64,000 bases of DNA from Eledone cirrhosa (taxonomy: Eukaryota), in contig OZ024752.1 of assembly GCA_964016885.1 (NCBI GenBank), positions 37,014,001 to 37,078,000 on the forward strand, read 5' to 3'. Below the pieces are notes generated by a model, which was given only the letters and a program-made list of their open reading frames with translations, was not told the DNA's origin and did no database searches. The translations under genes and the position numbers were made by a program. Positions 11,901 to 26,800 of the stretch are shown one piece after another (position 1 is the first letter of the stretch; each line of letters opens with the position of its first letter).

Positions 11901-14782
11901 GGTAAGCAAACAAGGTCTGGAACCTTGTTGATTGATTTGATAGATCAATCAATCTTTCTTTGTCTCTCAGCTGCCATTCTTATATTTCAGGGAGAGACGT
12001 CAAATGTCCTTATGCTGAAGAAATGATTTATACATTGAATGAAAAAGGATATTTTGACCAAATAGAAAAGGCTTATAATTATGCTTCCAAAGTCTTACTA
12101 AATCTATTGATGGAAGAGCAAGAATTGATGGCTCGACTCAGGTATGTACTTTGTAATGTCTGTCTGTTACCTAGGTAAGCTGATTTTGATAACAGTAAAA
12201 CACAAGACAAAACAATAGGTTTTGAATATTTTATAATAATCTCTTAAAATATTTTCCTTCCATATCTTCCGTATGAGCGAGACACAGTCTCCCAACCATT
12301 CCTGCATTAAATGGAACAAAACCGTCTAACCCATGCTAGCGTTGAAGATGGACGTTAAATGATGATGATGATCTATATATAAATTTGAGCGACTTCCGTC
12401 TGTCCGTCACACTGATTGTGTGTTTTATGTGAAAATGTATGTTTATGTAAAAGGAAGGCAGGGGATGGTGAAAAAAACTATAGCAAAACAGCGATTGGTG
12501 TTCCATTTGTTATGCTGTGTGAGTATGTATATGTTTGTGTAAATGTATGTGTGTGTTTGTGTAAATGTGTTTGCACATTTATATTATCTATAAATCTATG
12601 CATATGCATATACAAGAACGGACGTAAAACGGTGATGATGATGATGATGATGACATGCGCATTAGCGTGTTGAAAAAAATACTAGATTTTAAAATTTCTA
12701 TTTTGCTTATTTATACAGAACCACAGAACCTTCTAGCTGCTTTACAGCTTCCCTTGCTTCCCATTTTTTTCATTATCTTTTTTTTAATGCTTATTTTTGC
12801 TTCTCGTTGGCCTTCCCTGTTCATATTTCTAGTCTGACATGGCTTACTAGCGTTTAAATTGATTAAATTAATAAATTAACTATACACTAAATCCCTATAG
12901 TATTTTTGATTGTTTTCAAAATGATTTCATAAATTATAGGTACTGCCTTCTATTAGAACTATGGTAAGGAAAGGGTTAACAAACGGATCAAGAAATAGAT
13001 TAGAAGATTTTGAGATGTGATGATATATAAAAGTTTGTTAAGAATAGCAATAGCTGAACACAAAGATAAATGAAAAAGTTCTAAAAATTGGTAAAAAACG
13101 AAGAAGATTTCATTAGAGACCATCAAGAGAGAAAACTAAACTATTTCGGACATTTAATTACAAGGAAATGGCTTTACAGAAACTATTAATAGAAGGCAAA
13201 ATGAATTGGAAGAGAACTAAAAGGAGAACTCATAATGAAATAAAGAATTGGATAGACTTAAAATATAGTGAATGTAGTGGCCTAGTGGTAAAGGTGTTGA
13301 ACTTAACATCATAATGTCATGAGTTCAATTCCTGGACTGGGTTGTGTGTTGAGTTCTTGAGACTAGACAATATCAAGGCTCTCAGTTTCAATAATCAACG
13401 GAGCATCCAACTCAACATGTTAGCAGGCCTCGATGAATCTTTAAGTAAAATAAACATATGTTTAGGGTATCAAGGTGAAGGTGTGTGGCCTAGTGGTAAA
13501 GGTGTTGGACTTATGATTATAATGTGGGCTCAATTCCTGGACTTAGTTAATGTGTTGTGTTCTTGAGCAAAACACTTAATTTCAGTATACTCAGTTGAAA
13601 ACGAGTACCAGCTGCAATAACTGGGGGTTTAACCCTGTGAAGGACTGGTGCCCTGTCCAGGGGGAAGTCTTGTACTCTCAGTCACTTCATGCCATGGAAA
13701 CCAGGATAAGCCGGCCTGATGAGCCTCAAGGCATGAGACAGACTTTAGACTAGAGTTAGAAGTATCCAATGCTCAAGAGAAAGACAAGGGTTCTGTTAGG
13801 GCTGACTTGGGGCCAAATGACAGCAACAAGAGAAATTGCCATCTATTGGCTGATTGAACTATTGATCTTAATGATTGGAGTATTGATTTTAATGATTGAA
13901 CTATTGATCTTAATGATGGAAGTATTGATTTTAATGATTGAACTATTGATCTTAATGATGGAAGTATTGATTTTATTGATTGAAGTATTGATCTTAATGA
14001 TTGAAGTATTGATTTTAATGATTGAAGTATTGATTTTAATGATTGAAGTATTGATTTTAATGATTGGAGTATTGATTTTGATTTTGAGTGAACTATTGAT
14101 TTTAATGATTGAAGTATTAATTTTCAGTGAACTATTGATTTTAATGATTGATCTTAATCTGTTGTAGTAAATATATTTCAGCTCCATGTTAATATTGACC
14201 ACAACCTGCTGTATGTTCTGATTTCTGTCTGTTTTAGGTCAATAAAACATTATTTCCTGCTGGACAAAGGAGATTTTATTGTCCAGTTTATGGACATGAC
14301 AGAGGAAGAAATGAAACAACCATATAAAAGTATCCTTTCTCAGAATTAAATATTTGATAGAAGATGTTTTGTAGTATATCTTCTGTCTTTCTCCCTCTCT
14401 CTCTTCCTTTCTCCCTCTCTTTCCTCCTTTCTCTCTCCCTCTCTCTCTTCCTTTCTCCCTCCCTCTCTCTCCTCCTTTCTCCCTCTCTCTCCTCCTTTCT
14501 CTCTCTCTCTCCTCCTTTCTCTCCCTCTCTCTCCTCCTTTCTCTCTCTCTCTCTCCTCCTTTCTCTCTCGCTCTCCTCCTTTCTCTCTCTCTCTCCTCCT
14601 TTCTCTCTCTCCTCCTTTCTCTCTCTCTCCTCCTTTCTCTCTCTCCTCCTTTCTCTCTCTCCTTTCTTTCTCTCTCCTCCTTTCTCTCTCTCCTTTCTTT
14701 CTCTCTCCTCCTTTCTCCCTCTCTCTCTCCTTTCTCCTCCCTCCCCCTCCTCCTCCTCTCCTTTCACTTATTCATAGGAGGA

Positions 14783-14815
<33 letters not shown>

Positions 14816-17800
14816 GGGGGGAGCAGACTCCTCAAACACTCCTTCCATCGGGTTCTGTCAGAAGCAACTGTCTCCAATTGATCTGGCTGGACCCCCAAAT
14901 GAGACCAGCTGAGCATCATGGATGTTATCCAACCATCTTGCTCGGGGTCTCCTTCCGGTTGGTTTTTTCCCTGTAAAATCTGTCCAGTGATTCTTTCCTG
15001 AGACATTACTTTAACATGTGAAGTAGACATTTTTTGTCCTTTCCTTAACTCCATTGCAGACATAAGTCGAAGGAGGATGGAAACTCTGCTAGAACTTGCT
15101 TTACGCACCAGCACTGCAAATGTCGACCCTTTCAAAGATGATTTAAGGTATTTATGTTTAACTTATTCTGTTATTTCTAAGAAATTGTCTTTTATATTGG
15201 TGGGTTAACTCTTTCGTTACCATATTTCTTTTAATTAATGAAGAGTTTGGATGGTTTTACTAAAATATTAATTCATCATCATCATCATCGTCATCGTTTT
15301 TACATCTGTTGTTTCATGTTTTCATGGGTTGGACGGGTTCTTCTCAGCACAGCATCTCTCCACTCTCCACTCGTCGCGTTTCTCTGTCATCTCTCTGAGT
15401 TTCAGTGATTTGAAATCACTTCTCACCACCTCTGCCCAGGTCTTCCTTGGTTTACCTGTTTCCATCCACTGGGATTTCCTGGCACTTTTTCACCCAGCGA
15501 TCATCATCCATGCACATCACATGTCCTGGAGAAGAGATGGGTTCTGCCAGGTTTATAAGTGTCCAAGAAATTCTGTATATCAATACGGTGCCCCTATGAC
15601 ACACTCAGGAGTTACGGGACCCTGTTTGCATGCACCAGGAAACTACACCCTCTCCCCAAATTGTTGGCCTTGTGCCTAAATCCTCAACATTTATTATTAA
15701 AACATTAATAAATAATTATTCCAATGTTATTTTAGGATTCAATTCCAAGAGACCGACCTTATATCTCAGTTGTATGATATCCTCAAAGGTAAATTAGAAT
15801 TTCTCTTACATTTTTTTAACCCTTTAGCATTTAAACCAGTCATAGCTGGCCAGAATTCTCTCACCCGTTTCTGTTCAAACTGGCCATAACCGGCCACACA
15901 TAGTGATGTTAAGGTATTGTTCTGAAAATAAATAGTGTCAAAATCTCATAGATTCGATATTATGTAAGATAATTATGTGAGGTAAAGCCTTTACCTTGAA
16001 AATATAATAGTATATATAGAGTAATGTAAATGCTAAAGGGTTTATGTATTTCTTTAACTCTTTTGATACCTACCCACCCTAAACTTGTCTTGTGATACAT
16101 GTTACTGTGAAAGGTAGGTTGTAATGTTAATGGAGGATACATGTGACTGTGAAAGGTAGGTTGTAATGTTAATGGAGGATACATGTGACTGTGAAAGGTA
16201 GGTTGTAATGTTAATGGAGGATACATGTGACTGTGAAAGGTAGGTTGTAATGTTAATGGAGGATACATGTGACTGTGAAAGGTAGGTTGTAATGTTAATG
16301 GAGGATACATGTGACTGTGAAAGGCAGTTTGTAATGTTAATGGAGGATACATGTGACTGTGAAAGGTAGGTTGTAATGTTAATGGAGGATACATGCGACT
16401 GTGAAAGGTAGGTTGTAATGTTAATGGAGGATACATGTGACTGAAAGGTAGGTTGTAATGTTAATGGAGGATACATGTGACTGAAAGGTAGGTTGTAATG
16501 TTTATGGAGTCTACATGTGACTGTGAAAGGTAGGTTGTAATGTTAATGGAGGATACATGTGACTGTGAAAGGTAGGTTGTAATGTTAATGGAGGATACAT
16601 GTGACTGAAAAGCAGTTTGTAATGTTAATGGAGGATACATGTGACTGAAAGGTAGGTTGTAATGTTTATGAAGGATACATGTTACTGTGAAAGGTAGGTT
16701 GTAATGTTAATGGAGGATACATGTTACTGTGAAAGGTAGGTTGTAATGTTTATGGAGGATACATGTTACTGTGAAAGGCAGTTTGTAATGTTAATGGAGG
16801 ATACATGTGACTGTGAAAGGTAGGTTGTAATGTTAATGGAGGATACATGTTACTGTGAAAGGTAGGTTGTAATGTTAATGGAGGATACATGTGACTGTGA
16901 AAGGTAGGTTGTAATGTTAATGGAGGATACATGTTAGTGTGAAAGGTAGGTTGTAATGTTAATGGAGTCTACATGTGACTGTGAAAGGTAGGTTGTAATG
17001 TTAATGGAGGATACATGTTAGTGTGAAAGGCAGTTTGTAATGTTAATGGAGGATACATGTTACTGTGAAAGGCAGTTTGTAATGTTAATGGAGGATACAT
17101 GTGACTGAAAGGTAGGTTGTAATGTTAATGGAGGATACATGTGACTGTGAAAGGTAGGTTGTAATGTTAATGGAGGATACATGTTAGTGTGAAAGGCAGT
17201 TTGTAATGTTAATGGAGGATACATGTTACTGTGAAAGGCAGTTTGTAATGTTAATGGAGGATACATGTGACTGAAAGGTAGGTTGTAATGTTAATGGAGG
17301 ATACATGTGACTGAAAGGTAGGTTGTAATGTTAATGGAGTCTACATGTGACTGTGAAAGGTAGGTTGTAATGTTAATGGAGGATACATGTTAGTGTGAAA
17401 GGCAGTTTGTAATGTTAATGGAGGATACATGTTACTGTGAAAGGCAGTTTGTAATGTTAATGGAGGATACATGTGACTGTGAAAGGTAGGTTGTAATGTT
17501 AATGGAGGATACATGTTAGTGTGAAAGGTAGGTTGTAATGTTTATGGAGGATACATGTTACTGTGAAAGGTAGGTTGTAATGTTTATGGAGGATACATGT
17601 GACTGTGAAAGGTAGGTTGTAATGTTTATGGAGGATACATGTTACTGTGAAAGGTAGGTTGTAATGTTAATGGAGGATACATGTGACTGTGAAAGGTAGG
17701 TTGTAATGTTAATGGAGGATACATGTTACTGTGAAAGGTAGGTTGTAATGTTTATGGAGGATACATGTGACTGTGAAAGGTAGGTTGTAATGTTAATGGA

Positions 17801-20800
17801 GGATACATGTGACTGTGAAAGGTAGGTTGTAATGTTAATGGAGGATACATGTGACTGTGAAAGGTAGGTTGTAATGTTAATGGAGGATACATGTGACTGT
17901 GAAAGGTAGGTTGTAATGTTAATGGAGGATACATGTAACTGTGAAAGGTAGGTTGTAATGTTAATGGAGGATACATGTGACTGTGAAAGGTAGGTTGTAA
18001 TGTTAATGGAGGATACATGTGACTGAAAGGTAGGTTGTAATGTTAATGGAGGATACATGTGACTGAAAGGTAGGTTGTAATGTTAATGGAGGATACATGT
18101 AACTGTGAAAGGTAGGTTGTAATGTTAATGGAGGATACATGTGACTGTGAAAGGTAGGTTGTAATGTTAATGGAGGATACATGTTAGTGTGAAAGGTAGG
18201 TTGTAATGTTAATGGAGGATACATGTGACTGTGAAAGGTAGGTTGTAATGTTAATGGAGGATACATGTGACTGTGAAAGGTAGGTTGTAATGTTAATGGA
18301 GGATACATGTGACTGTGAAAGGTAGGTTGTAATGTTAATGGAGGATACATGTAACTGTGAAAGGTAGGTTGTAATGTTAATGGAGGATACATGTGACTGT
18401 GAAAGGTAGGTTGTAATGTTAATGGAGGATACATGTGACTGAAAGGTAGGTTGTAATGTTAATGGAGGATACATGTAACTGTGAAAGGTAGGTTGTAATG
18501 TTAATGGAGGATACATGTGACTGTGAAAGGTAGGTTGTAATGTTAATGGAGGATACATGTTAGTGTGAAAGGTAGGTTGTAATGTTAATGGAGGATACAT
18601 GTGACTGTGAAAGGTAGGTTGTAATGTTAATGGAGGATACATGTGACTGTGAAAGGTAGGTTGTAATGTTAATGGAGGATACATGTGACTGTGAAAGGTA
18701 GGTTGTAATGTTAATGGAGGATACATGTAACTGTGAAAGGTAGGTTGTAATGTTAATGGAGGATACATGTGACTGTGAAAGGTAGGTTGTAATGTTAATG
18801 GAGGATACATGTGACTGAAAGGTAGGTTGTAATGTTAATGGAGGATACATGTAACTGTGAAAGGTAGGTTGTAATGTTAATGGAGGATACATGTGACTGT
18901 GAAAGGTAGGTTGTAATGTTAATGGAGGATACATGTTAGTGTGAAAGGTAGGTTGTAATGTTAATGGAGGATACATGTGACTGTGAAAGGTAGGTTGTAA
19001 TGTTAATGGAGGATACATGTGACTGTGAAAGGTAGGTTGTAATGTTAATGGAGGATACATGTGACTGTGAAAGGTAGGTTGTAATGTTAATGGAGGATAC
19101 ATGTAACTGTGAAAGGTAGGTTGTAATGTTAATGGAGGATACATGTGACTGTGAAAGGTAGGTTGTAATGTTAATGGAGGATACATGTGACTGAAAGGTA
19201 GGTTGTAATGTTAATGGAGGATACATGTGACTGAAAGGTAGGTTGTAATGTTAATGGAGGATACATGTAACTGTGAAAGGTAGGTTGTAATGTTAATGGA
19301 GGATACATGTGACTGTGAAAGGTAGGTTGTAATGTTAATGGAGGATACATGTTAGTGTGAAAGGTAGGTTGTAATGTTAATGGAGGATACATGTGACTGT
19401 GAAAGGTAGGTTGTAATGTTAATGGAGGATACATGTAACTGTGAAAGGTAGGTTGTAATGTTAATGGAGGATACATGTGACTGTGAAAGGTAGGTTGTAA
19501 TGTTAATGGAGGATACATGTTAGTGTGAAAGGTAGGTTGTAATGTTTATGGAGGATACATGTGACTGTGAAAGGTAGGTTGTAATGTTTATGGAGGATAC
19601 ATGTGACTGTGAAAGGTAGGTTGTAATGTTTATGGAGGATACATGTGACTGTGAAAGGTAGGTTGTAATGTTAATGGAGGATACATGTGACTGTGAAAGG
19701 TAGGTTGTAATGTTAATGGAGGATACATGTTACTGTGAAAGGTAGGTTGTAATGTTTATGGAGGATACATGTTACTGTGAAAGGTAGGTTGTAATGTTTA
19801 TGGAGGATACATGTGACTGTGAAAGGTAGGTTGTAATGTTAATGGAGGATACATGTTAGTGTGAAAGGTAGGTTGTAATGTTAATGGAGGATACATGTGA
19901 CTGTGAAAGGTAGGTTGTAATGTTAATGGAGGATACATGTAACTGTGAAAGGTAGGTTGTAATGTTAATGGAGGATACATGTGACTGTGAAAGGTAGGTT
20001 GTAATGTTAATGGAGGATACATGTTAGTGTGAAAGGTAGGTTGTAATGTTAATGGAGGATACATGTGACTGAAAGGTAGGTTGTAATGTTAATGGAGGAT
20101 ACATGTAACTGTGAAAGGTAGGTTGTAATGTTAATGGAGGATACATGTGACTGTGAAAGGTAGGTTGTAATGTTAATGGAGGATACATGTTAGTGTGAAA
20201 GGTAGGTTGTAATGTTTATGGAGGATACATGTGACTGTGAAAGGTAGGTTGTAATGTTTATGGAGGATACATGTGACTGTGAAAGGTAGGTTGTAATGTT
20301 TATGGAGGATACATGTGACTGTGAAAGGTAGGTTGTAATGTTAATGGAGGATACATGTTACTGTGAAAGGTAGGTTGTAATGTTAATGGAGGATACATGT
20401 GACTGTGAAAGGTAGGTTGTAATGTTAATGGAGGATACATGTTACTGTGAAAGGTAGGTTGTAATGTTAATGGAGGATACATGTGACTGTGAAAGGTAGG
20501 TTGTAATGTTAATGGAGGATACATGTTAGTGTGAAAGGTAGGTTGTAATGTTAATGGAGTCTACATGTGACTGTGAAAGGTAGGTTGTAATGTTAATGGA
20601 GGATACATGTTAGTGTGAAAGGCAGTTTGTAATGTTAATGGAGGATACATGTTACTGTGAAAGGCAGTTTGTAATGTTAATGGAGGATACATGTGACTGA
20701 AAGGTAGGTTGTAATGTTAATGGAGGATACATGTGACTGTGAAAGGTAGGTTGTAATGTTAATGGAGGATACATGTTAGTGTGAAAGGCAGTTTGTAATG

Positions 20801-23800
20801 TTAATGGAGGATACATGTTACTGTGAAAGGCAGTTTGTAATGTTAATGGAGGATACATGTGACTGAAAGGTAGGTTGTAATGTTAATGGAGGATACATGT
20901 GACTGAAAGGTAGGTTGTAATGTTAATGGAGTCTACATGTGACTGTGAAAGGTAGGTTGTAATGTTAATGGAGGATACATGTTAGTGTGAAAGGCAGTTT
21001 GTAATGTTAATGGAGGATACATGTTACTGTGAAAGGCAGTTTGTAATGTTAATGGAGGATACATGTGACTGAAAGGTAGGTTGTAATGTTAATGGAGGAT
21101 ACATGTGACTGAAAGGTAGGTTGTAATGTTAATGGAGGATACATGTGACTGTGAAAGGTAGGTTGTAATGTTAATGGAGGATACATGTTAGTGTGAAAGG
21201 TAGGTTGTAATGTTTATGGAGGATACATGTTACTGTGAAAGGTAGGTTGTAATGTTAATGGAGGATACATGTGACTGTGAAAGGTAGGTTGTAATGTTAA
21301 TGGAGGATACATGTTACTGTGAAAGGTAGGTTGTAATGTTTATGGAGGATACATGTGACTGTGAAAGGTAGGTTGTAATGTTAATGGAGGATACATGTGA
21401 CTGTGAAAGGTAGGTTGTAATGTTAATGGAGGATACATGTTACTGTGAAAGGTAGGTTGTAATGTTTATGGAGGATACATGTTACTGTGAAAGGTAGGTT
21501 GTAATGTTTATGGAGGATACATGTGACTGTGAAAGGTAGGTTGTAATGTTAATGGAGGATACATGTGACTGTGAAAGGTAGGTTGTAATGTTAATGGAGG
21601 ATACATGTGACTGTGAAAGGTAGGTTGTAATGTTAATGGAGGATACATGTAACTGTGAAAGGTAGGTTGTAATGTTAATGGAGGATACATGTGACTGTGA
21701 AAGGTAGGTTGTAATGTTAATGGAGGATACATGTTAGTGTGAAAGGTAGGTTGTAATGTTTATGGAGGATACATGTGACTGTGAAAGGTAGGTTGTAATG
21801 TTTATGGAGGATACATGTGACTGTGAAAGGTAGGTTGTAATGTTAATGGAGGATACATGTGACTGTGAAAGGTAGGTTGTAATGTTAATGGAGGATACAT
21901 GTTAGTGTGAAAGGTAGGTTGTAATGTTAATGGAGGATACATGTGACTGTGAAAGGTAGGTTGTAATGTTAATGGAGGATACATGTAACTGTGAAAGGTA
22001 GGTTGTAATGTTAATGGAGGATACATGTGACTGTGAAAGGTAGGTTGTAATGTTAATGGAGGATACATGTTAGTGTGAAAGGTAGGTTGTAATGTTAATG
22101 GAGGATACATGTGACTGAAAGGTAGGTTGTAATGTTAATGGAGGATACATGTAACTGTGAAAGGTAGGTTGTAATGTTAATGGAGGATACATGTGACTGT
22201 GAAAGGTAGGTTGTAATGTTAATGGAGGATACATGTTAGTGTGAAAGGTAGGTTGTAATGTTTATGGAGGATACATGTGACTGTGAAAGGTAGGTTGTAA
22301 TGTTTATGGAGGATACATGTGACTGTGAAAGGTAGGTTGTAATGTTTATGGAGGATACATGTGACTGTGAAAGGTAGGTTGTAATGTTAATGGAGGATAC
22401 ATGTTACTGTGAAAGGTAGGTTGTAATGTTAATGGAGGATACATGTGACTGTGAAAGGTAGGTTGTAATGTTAATGGAGGATACATGTTACTGTGAAAGG
22501 TAGGTTGTAATGTTAATGGAGGATACATGTGACTGTGAAAGGTAGGTTGTAATGTTAATGGAGGATACATGTTAGTGTGAAAGGTAGGTTGTAATGTTAA
22601 TGGAGTCTACATGTGACTGTGAAAGGTAGGTTGTAATGTTAATGGAGGATACATGTTAGTGTGAAAGGCAGTTTGTAATGTTAATGGAGGATACATGTTA
22701 CTGTGAAAGGCAGTTTGTAATGTTAATGGAGGATACATGTGACTGAAAGGTAGGTTGTAATGTTAATGGAGGATACATGTGACTGTGAAAGGTAGGTTGT
22801 AATGTTAATGGAGGATACATGTTAGTGTGAAAGGCAGTTTGTAATGTTAATGGAGGATACATGTTACTGTGAAAGGCAGTTTGTAATGTTAATGGAGGAT
22901 ACATGTGACTGAAAGGTAGGTTGTAATGTTAATGGAGGATACATGTGACTGAAAGGTAGGTTGTAATGTTAATGGAGTCTACATGTGACTGTGAAAGGTA
23001 GGTTGTAATGTTAATGGAGGATACATGTTAGTGTGAAAGGCAGTTTGTAATGTTAATGGAGGATACATGTTACTGTGAAAGGCAGTTTGTAATGTTAATG
23101 GAGGATACATGTGACTGAAAGGTAGGTTGTAATGTTAATGGAGGATACATGTGACTGAAAGGTAGGTTGTAATGTTAATGGAGGATACATGTGACTGTGA
23201 AAGGTAGGTTGTAATGTTAATGGAGGATACATGTTAGTGTGAAAGGTAGGTTGTAATGTTTATGGAGGATACATGTTACTGTGAAAGGTAGGTTGTAATG
23301 TTTATGGAGGATACATGTGACTGTGAAAGGTAGGTTGTAATGTTTATGGAGGATACATGTTACTGTGAAAGGTAGGTTGTAATGTTAATGGAGGATACAT
23401 GTGACTGTGAAAGGTAGGTTGTAATGTTAATGGAGGATACATGTTACTGTGAAAGGTAGGTTGTAATGTTTATGGAGGATACATGTGACTGTGAAAGGTA
23501 GGTTGTAATGTTAATGGAGGATACATGTGACTGTGAAAGGTAGGTTGTAATGTTAATGGAGGATACATGTTAGTGTGAAAGGTAGGTTGTAATGTTTATG
23601 GAGGATACATGTGACTGTGAAAGGTAGGTTGTAATGTTTATGGAGGATACATGTGACTGTGAAAGGTAGGTTGTAATGTTAATGGAGGATACATGTGACT
23701 GTGAAAGGTAGGTTGTAATGTTAATGGAGGATACATGTTAGTGTGAAAGGTAGGTTGTAATGTTAATGGAGGATACATGTGACTGTGAAAGGTAGGTTGT

Positions 23801-26800
23801 AATGTTAATGGAGGATACATGTAACTGTGAAAGGTAGGTTGTAATGTTAATGGAGGATACATGTGACTGTGAAAGGTAGGTTGTAATGTTAATGGAGGAT
23901 ACATGTTAGTGTGAAAGGTAGGTTGTAATGTTTATGGAGGATACATGTGACTGTGAAAGGTAGGTTGTAATGTTTATGGAGGATACATGTGACTGTGAAA
24001 GGTAGGTTGTAATGTTTATGGAGGATACATGTGACTGTGAAAGGTAGGTTGTAATGTTAATGGAGGATACATGTTACTGTGAAAGGTAGGTTGTAATGTT
24101 AATGGAGGATACATGTGACTGTGAAAGGTAGGTTGTAATGTTAATGGAGGATACATGTGACTGTGAAAGGTAGGTTGTAATGTTAATGGAGGATACATGT
24201 GACTGTGAAAGGTAGGTTGTAATGTTAATGGAGGATACATGTAACTGAAAGGTAGGTTGTAATGTTAATGGAGGATACATGTGACTGTGAAAGGTAGGTT
24301 GTAATGTTTATGGAGGATACATGTGACTGTGAAAGGTAGGTTGTAATGTTAATGGAGGATACATGTGACTGTGAAAGGTAGGTTGTAATGTTAATGGAGG
24401 ATACATGTGACTGTGAAAGGTAGGTTGTAATGTTAATGGAGGATACATGTAACTGTGAAAGGTAGGTTGTAATGTTAATGGAGGATACATGTGACTGTGA
24501 AAGGTAGGTTGTAATGTTTATGGAGGATACATGTGACTGTGAAAGGTAGGTTGTAATGTTAATGGAGGATACATGTGACTGTGAAAGGTAGGTTGTAATG
24601 TTAATGGAGGATACATGTAACTGTGAAAGGTAGGTTGTAATGTTAATGGAGGATACATGTGACTGTGAAAGGTAGGTTGTAATGTTAATGGAGGATACAT
24701 GTTAGTGTGAAAGGTAGGTTGTAATGTTTATGGAGGATACATGTGACTGTGAAAGGTAGGTTGTAATGTTTATGGAGGATACATGTGACTGTGAAAGGTA
24801 GGTTGTAATGTTTATGGAGGATACATGTGACTGTGAAAGGTAGGTTGTAATGTTAATGGAGGATACATGTTACTGTGAAAGGTAGGTTGTAATGTTAATG
24901 GAGGATACATGTGACTGAAAGGTAGGTTGTAATGTTAATGGAGGATACATGTTAGTGTGAAAGGTAGGTTGTAATGTTAATGGAGGATACATGTAACTGT
25001 GAAAGGTAGGTTGTAATGTTTATGGAGGATACATGTGACTGTGAAAGGTAGGTTGTAATGTTTATGGAGGATACATGTGACTGTGAAAGGTAGGTTGTAA
25101 TGTTTATGAAGGATACATGTTACTGTGAAAGGTAGGTTGTAATGTTAATGGAGGATACATGTGACTGAAAGGTAGGTTGTAATGTTAATGGAGGATACAT
25201 GTGACTGTGAAAGGCAGTTTGTAATGTTAATGGAGGATACATGTGACTGTGAAAGGTAGGTTGTAATGTTTATGAAGGATACATGTTACTGTGAAAGGCA
25301 GTTTGTAATGTTAATGGAGGATACATGTTACTGTGAAAGGCAGTTTGTAATGTTTATGGAGGATACATGTGACTGAAAGGTAGGTTGTAATGTTAATGGA
25401 GGATACATGTGACTGAAAGGTAGGTTGTAATGTTAATGGAGGATACATGGGACTGTGAAAGGTAGGTTGTAATGTTAATGGAGGATACATGTTAGTGTGA
25501 AAGGCAGTTTGTAATGTTAATGGAGGATACATGTTAGTGTGAAAGGTAGGTTGTAATGTTTATGGAGGATACATGTGACTGTGAAAGGTAGGTTGTAATG
25601 TTTATGGAGGATACATGTGACTGTGAAAGGTAGGTTGTAATGTTTATGGAGGATACATGTGACTGAAAGGTAGGTTGTAATGTTAATGGAGGATACATGG
25701 GACTGTGAAAGGTAGGTTGTAATGTTAATGGAGGATACATGTTAGTGTGAAAGGCAGTTTGTAATGTTAATGGAGGATACATGTTACTGTGAAAGGCAGT
25801 TTGTAATGTTAATGGAGGATACATGTGACTGAAAGGTAGGTTGTAATGTTAATGGAGGATACATGTGACTGAAAGGTAGGTTGTAATGTTAATGGAGGAT
25901 ACATGGGACTGTGAAAGGTAGGTAGTAATGTTAATGGAGGATACATGTGACTGTGAAAGGTAGGTTGTAATGTTAATGGAGGATACATGTTAGTGTGAAA
26001 GGTAGGTTGTAATGTTTATGGAGGATACATGTGACTGTGAAAGGTAGGTTGTAATGTTTATGGAGGATACATGTGACTGTGAAAGGTAGGTTGTAATGTT
26101 TATGGAGGATACATGTGACTGAAAGGTAGGTTGTAATGTTAATGGAGGATACATGGGACTGTGAAAGGTAGGTTGTAATGTTAATGGAGGATACATGTTA
26201 GTGTGAAAGGCAGTTTGTAATGTTAATGGAGGATACATGTTACTGTGAAAGGCAGTTTGTAATGTTAATGGAGGATACATGTGACTGAAAGGTAGGTTGT
26301 AATGTTAATGGAGGATACATGTGACTGAAAGGTAGGTTGTAATGTTAATGGAGGATACATGGGACTGTGAAAGGTAGGTAGTAATGTTAATGGAGGATAC
26401 ATGTGACTGTGAAAGGTAGGTTGTAATGTTAATGGAGGATACATGTTAGTGTGAAAGGTAGGTTGTAATGTTTATGGAGGATACATGTGACTGTGAAAGG
26501 TAGGTTGTAATGTTTATGGAGGATACATGTGACTGTGAAAGGTAGGTTGTAATGTTTATGGAGGATACATGTGACTGTGAAAGGTAGGTTGTAATGTTAA
26601 TGGAGGATACATGTTACTGTGAAAGGCAGTTTGTAATGTTAATGGAGGATACATGTGACTGTGAAAGGTAGGTTGTAATGTTAATGGAGGATACATGTGA
26701 CTGAAAGGTAGGTTGTAATGTTAATGGAGGATACATGTTAGTGTGAAAGGCAGTTTGTAATGTTAATGGAGGATACATGTGACTGAAAGGTAGGTTGTAA

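Noticed and set aside
12990-13270. Decayed RTE-like coding remnants (also ~2640-2830)
   Set aside because: Only fragmentary FGH and GRP-like motifs with stops and frameshifts; too weak to delimit.
13769-14777. Hydrophobic, Leu/Ser-rich and Glu/Arg-rich ORFs
   Set aside because: Products of the 21-bp minisatellite and the CT microsatellite.
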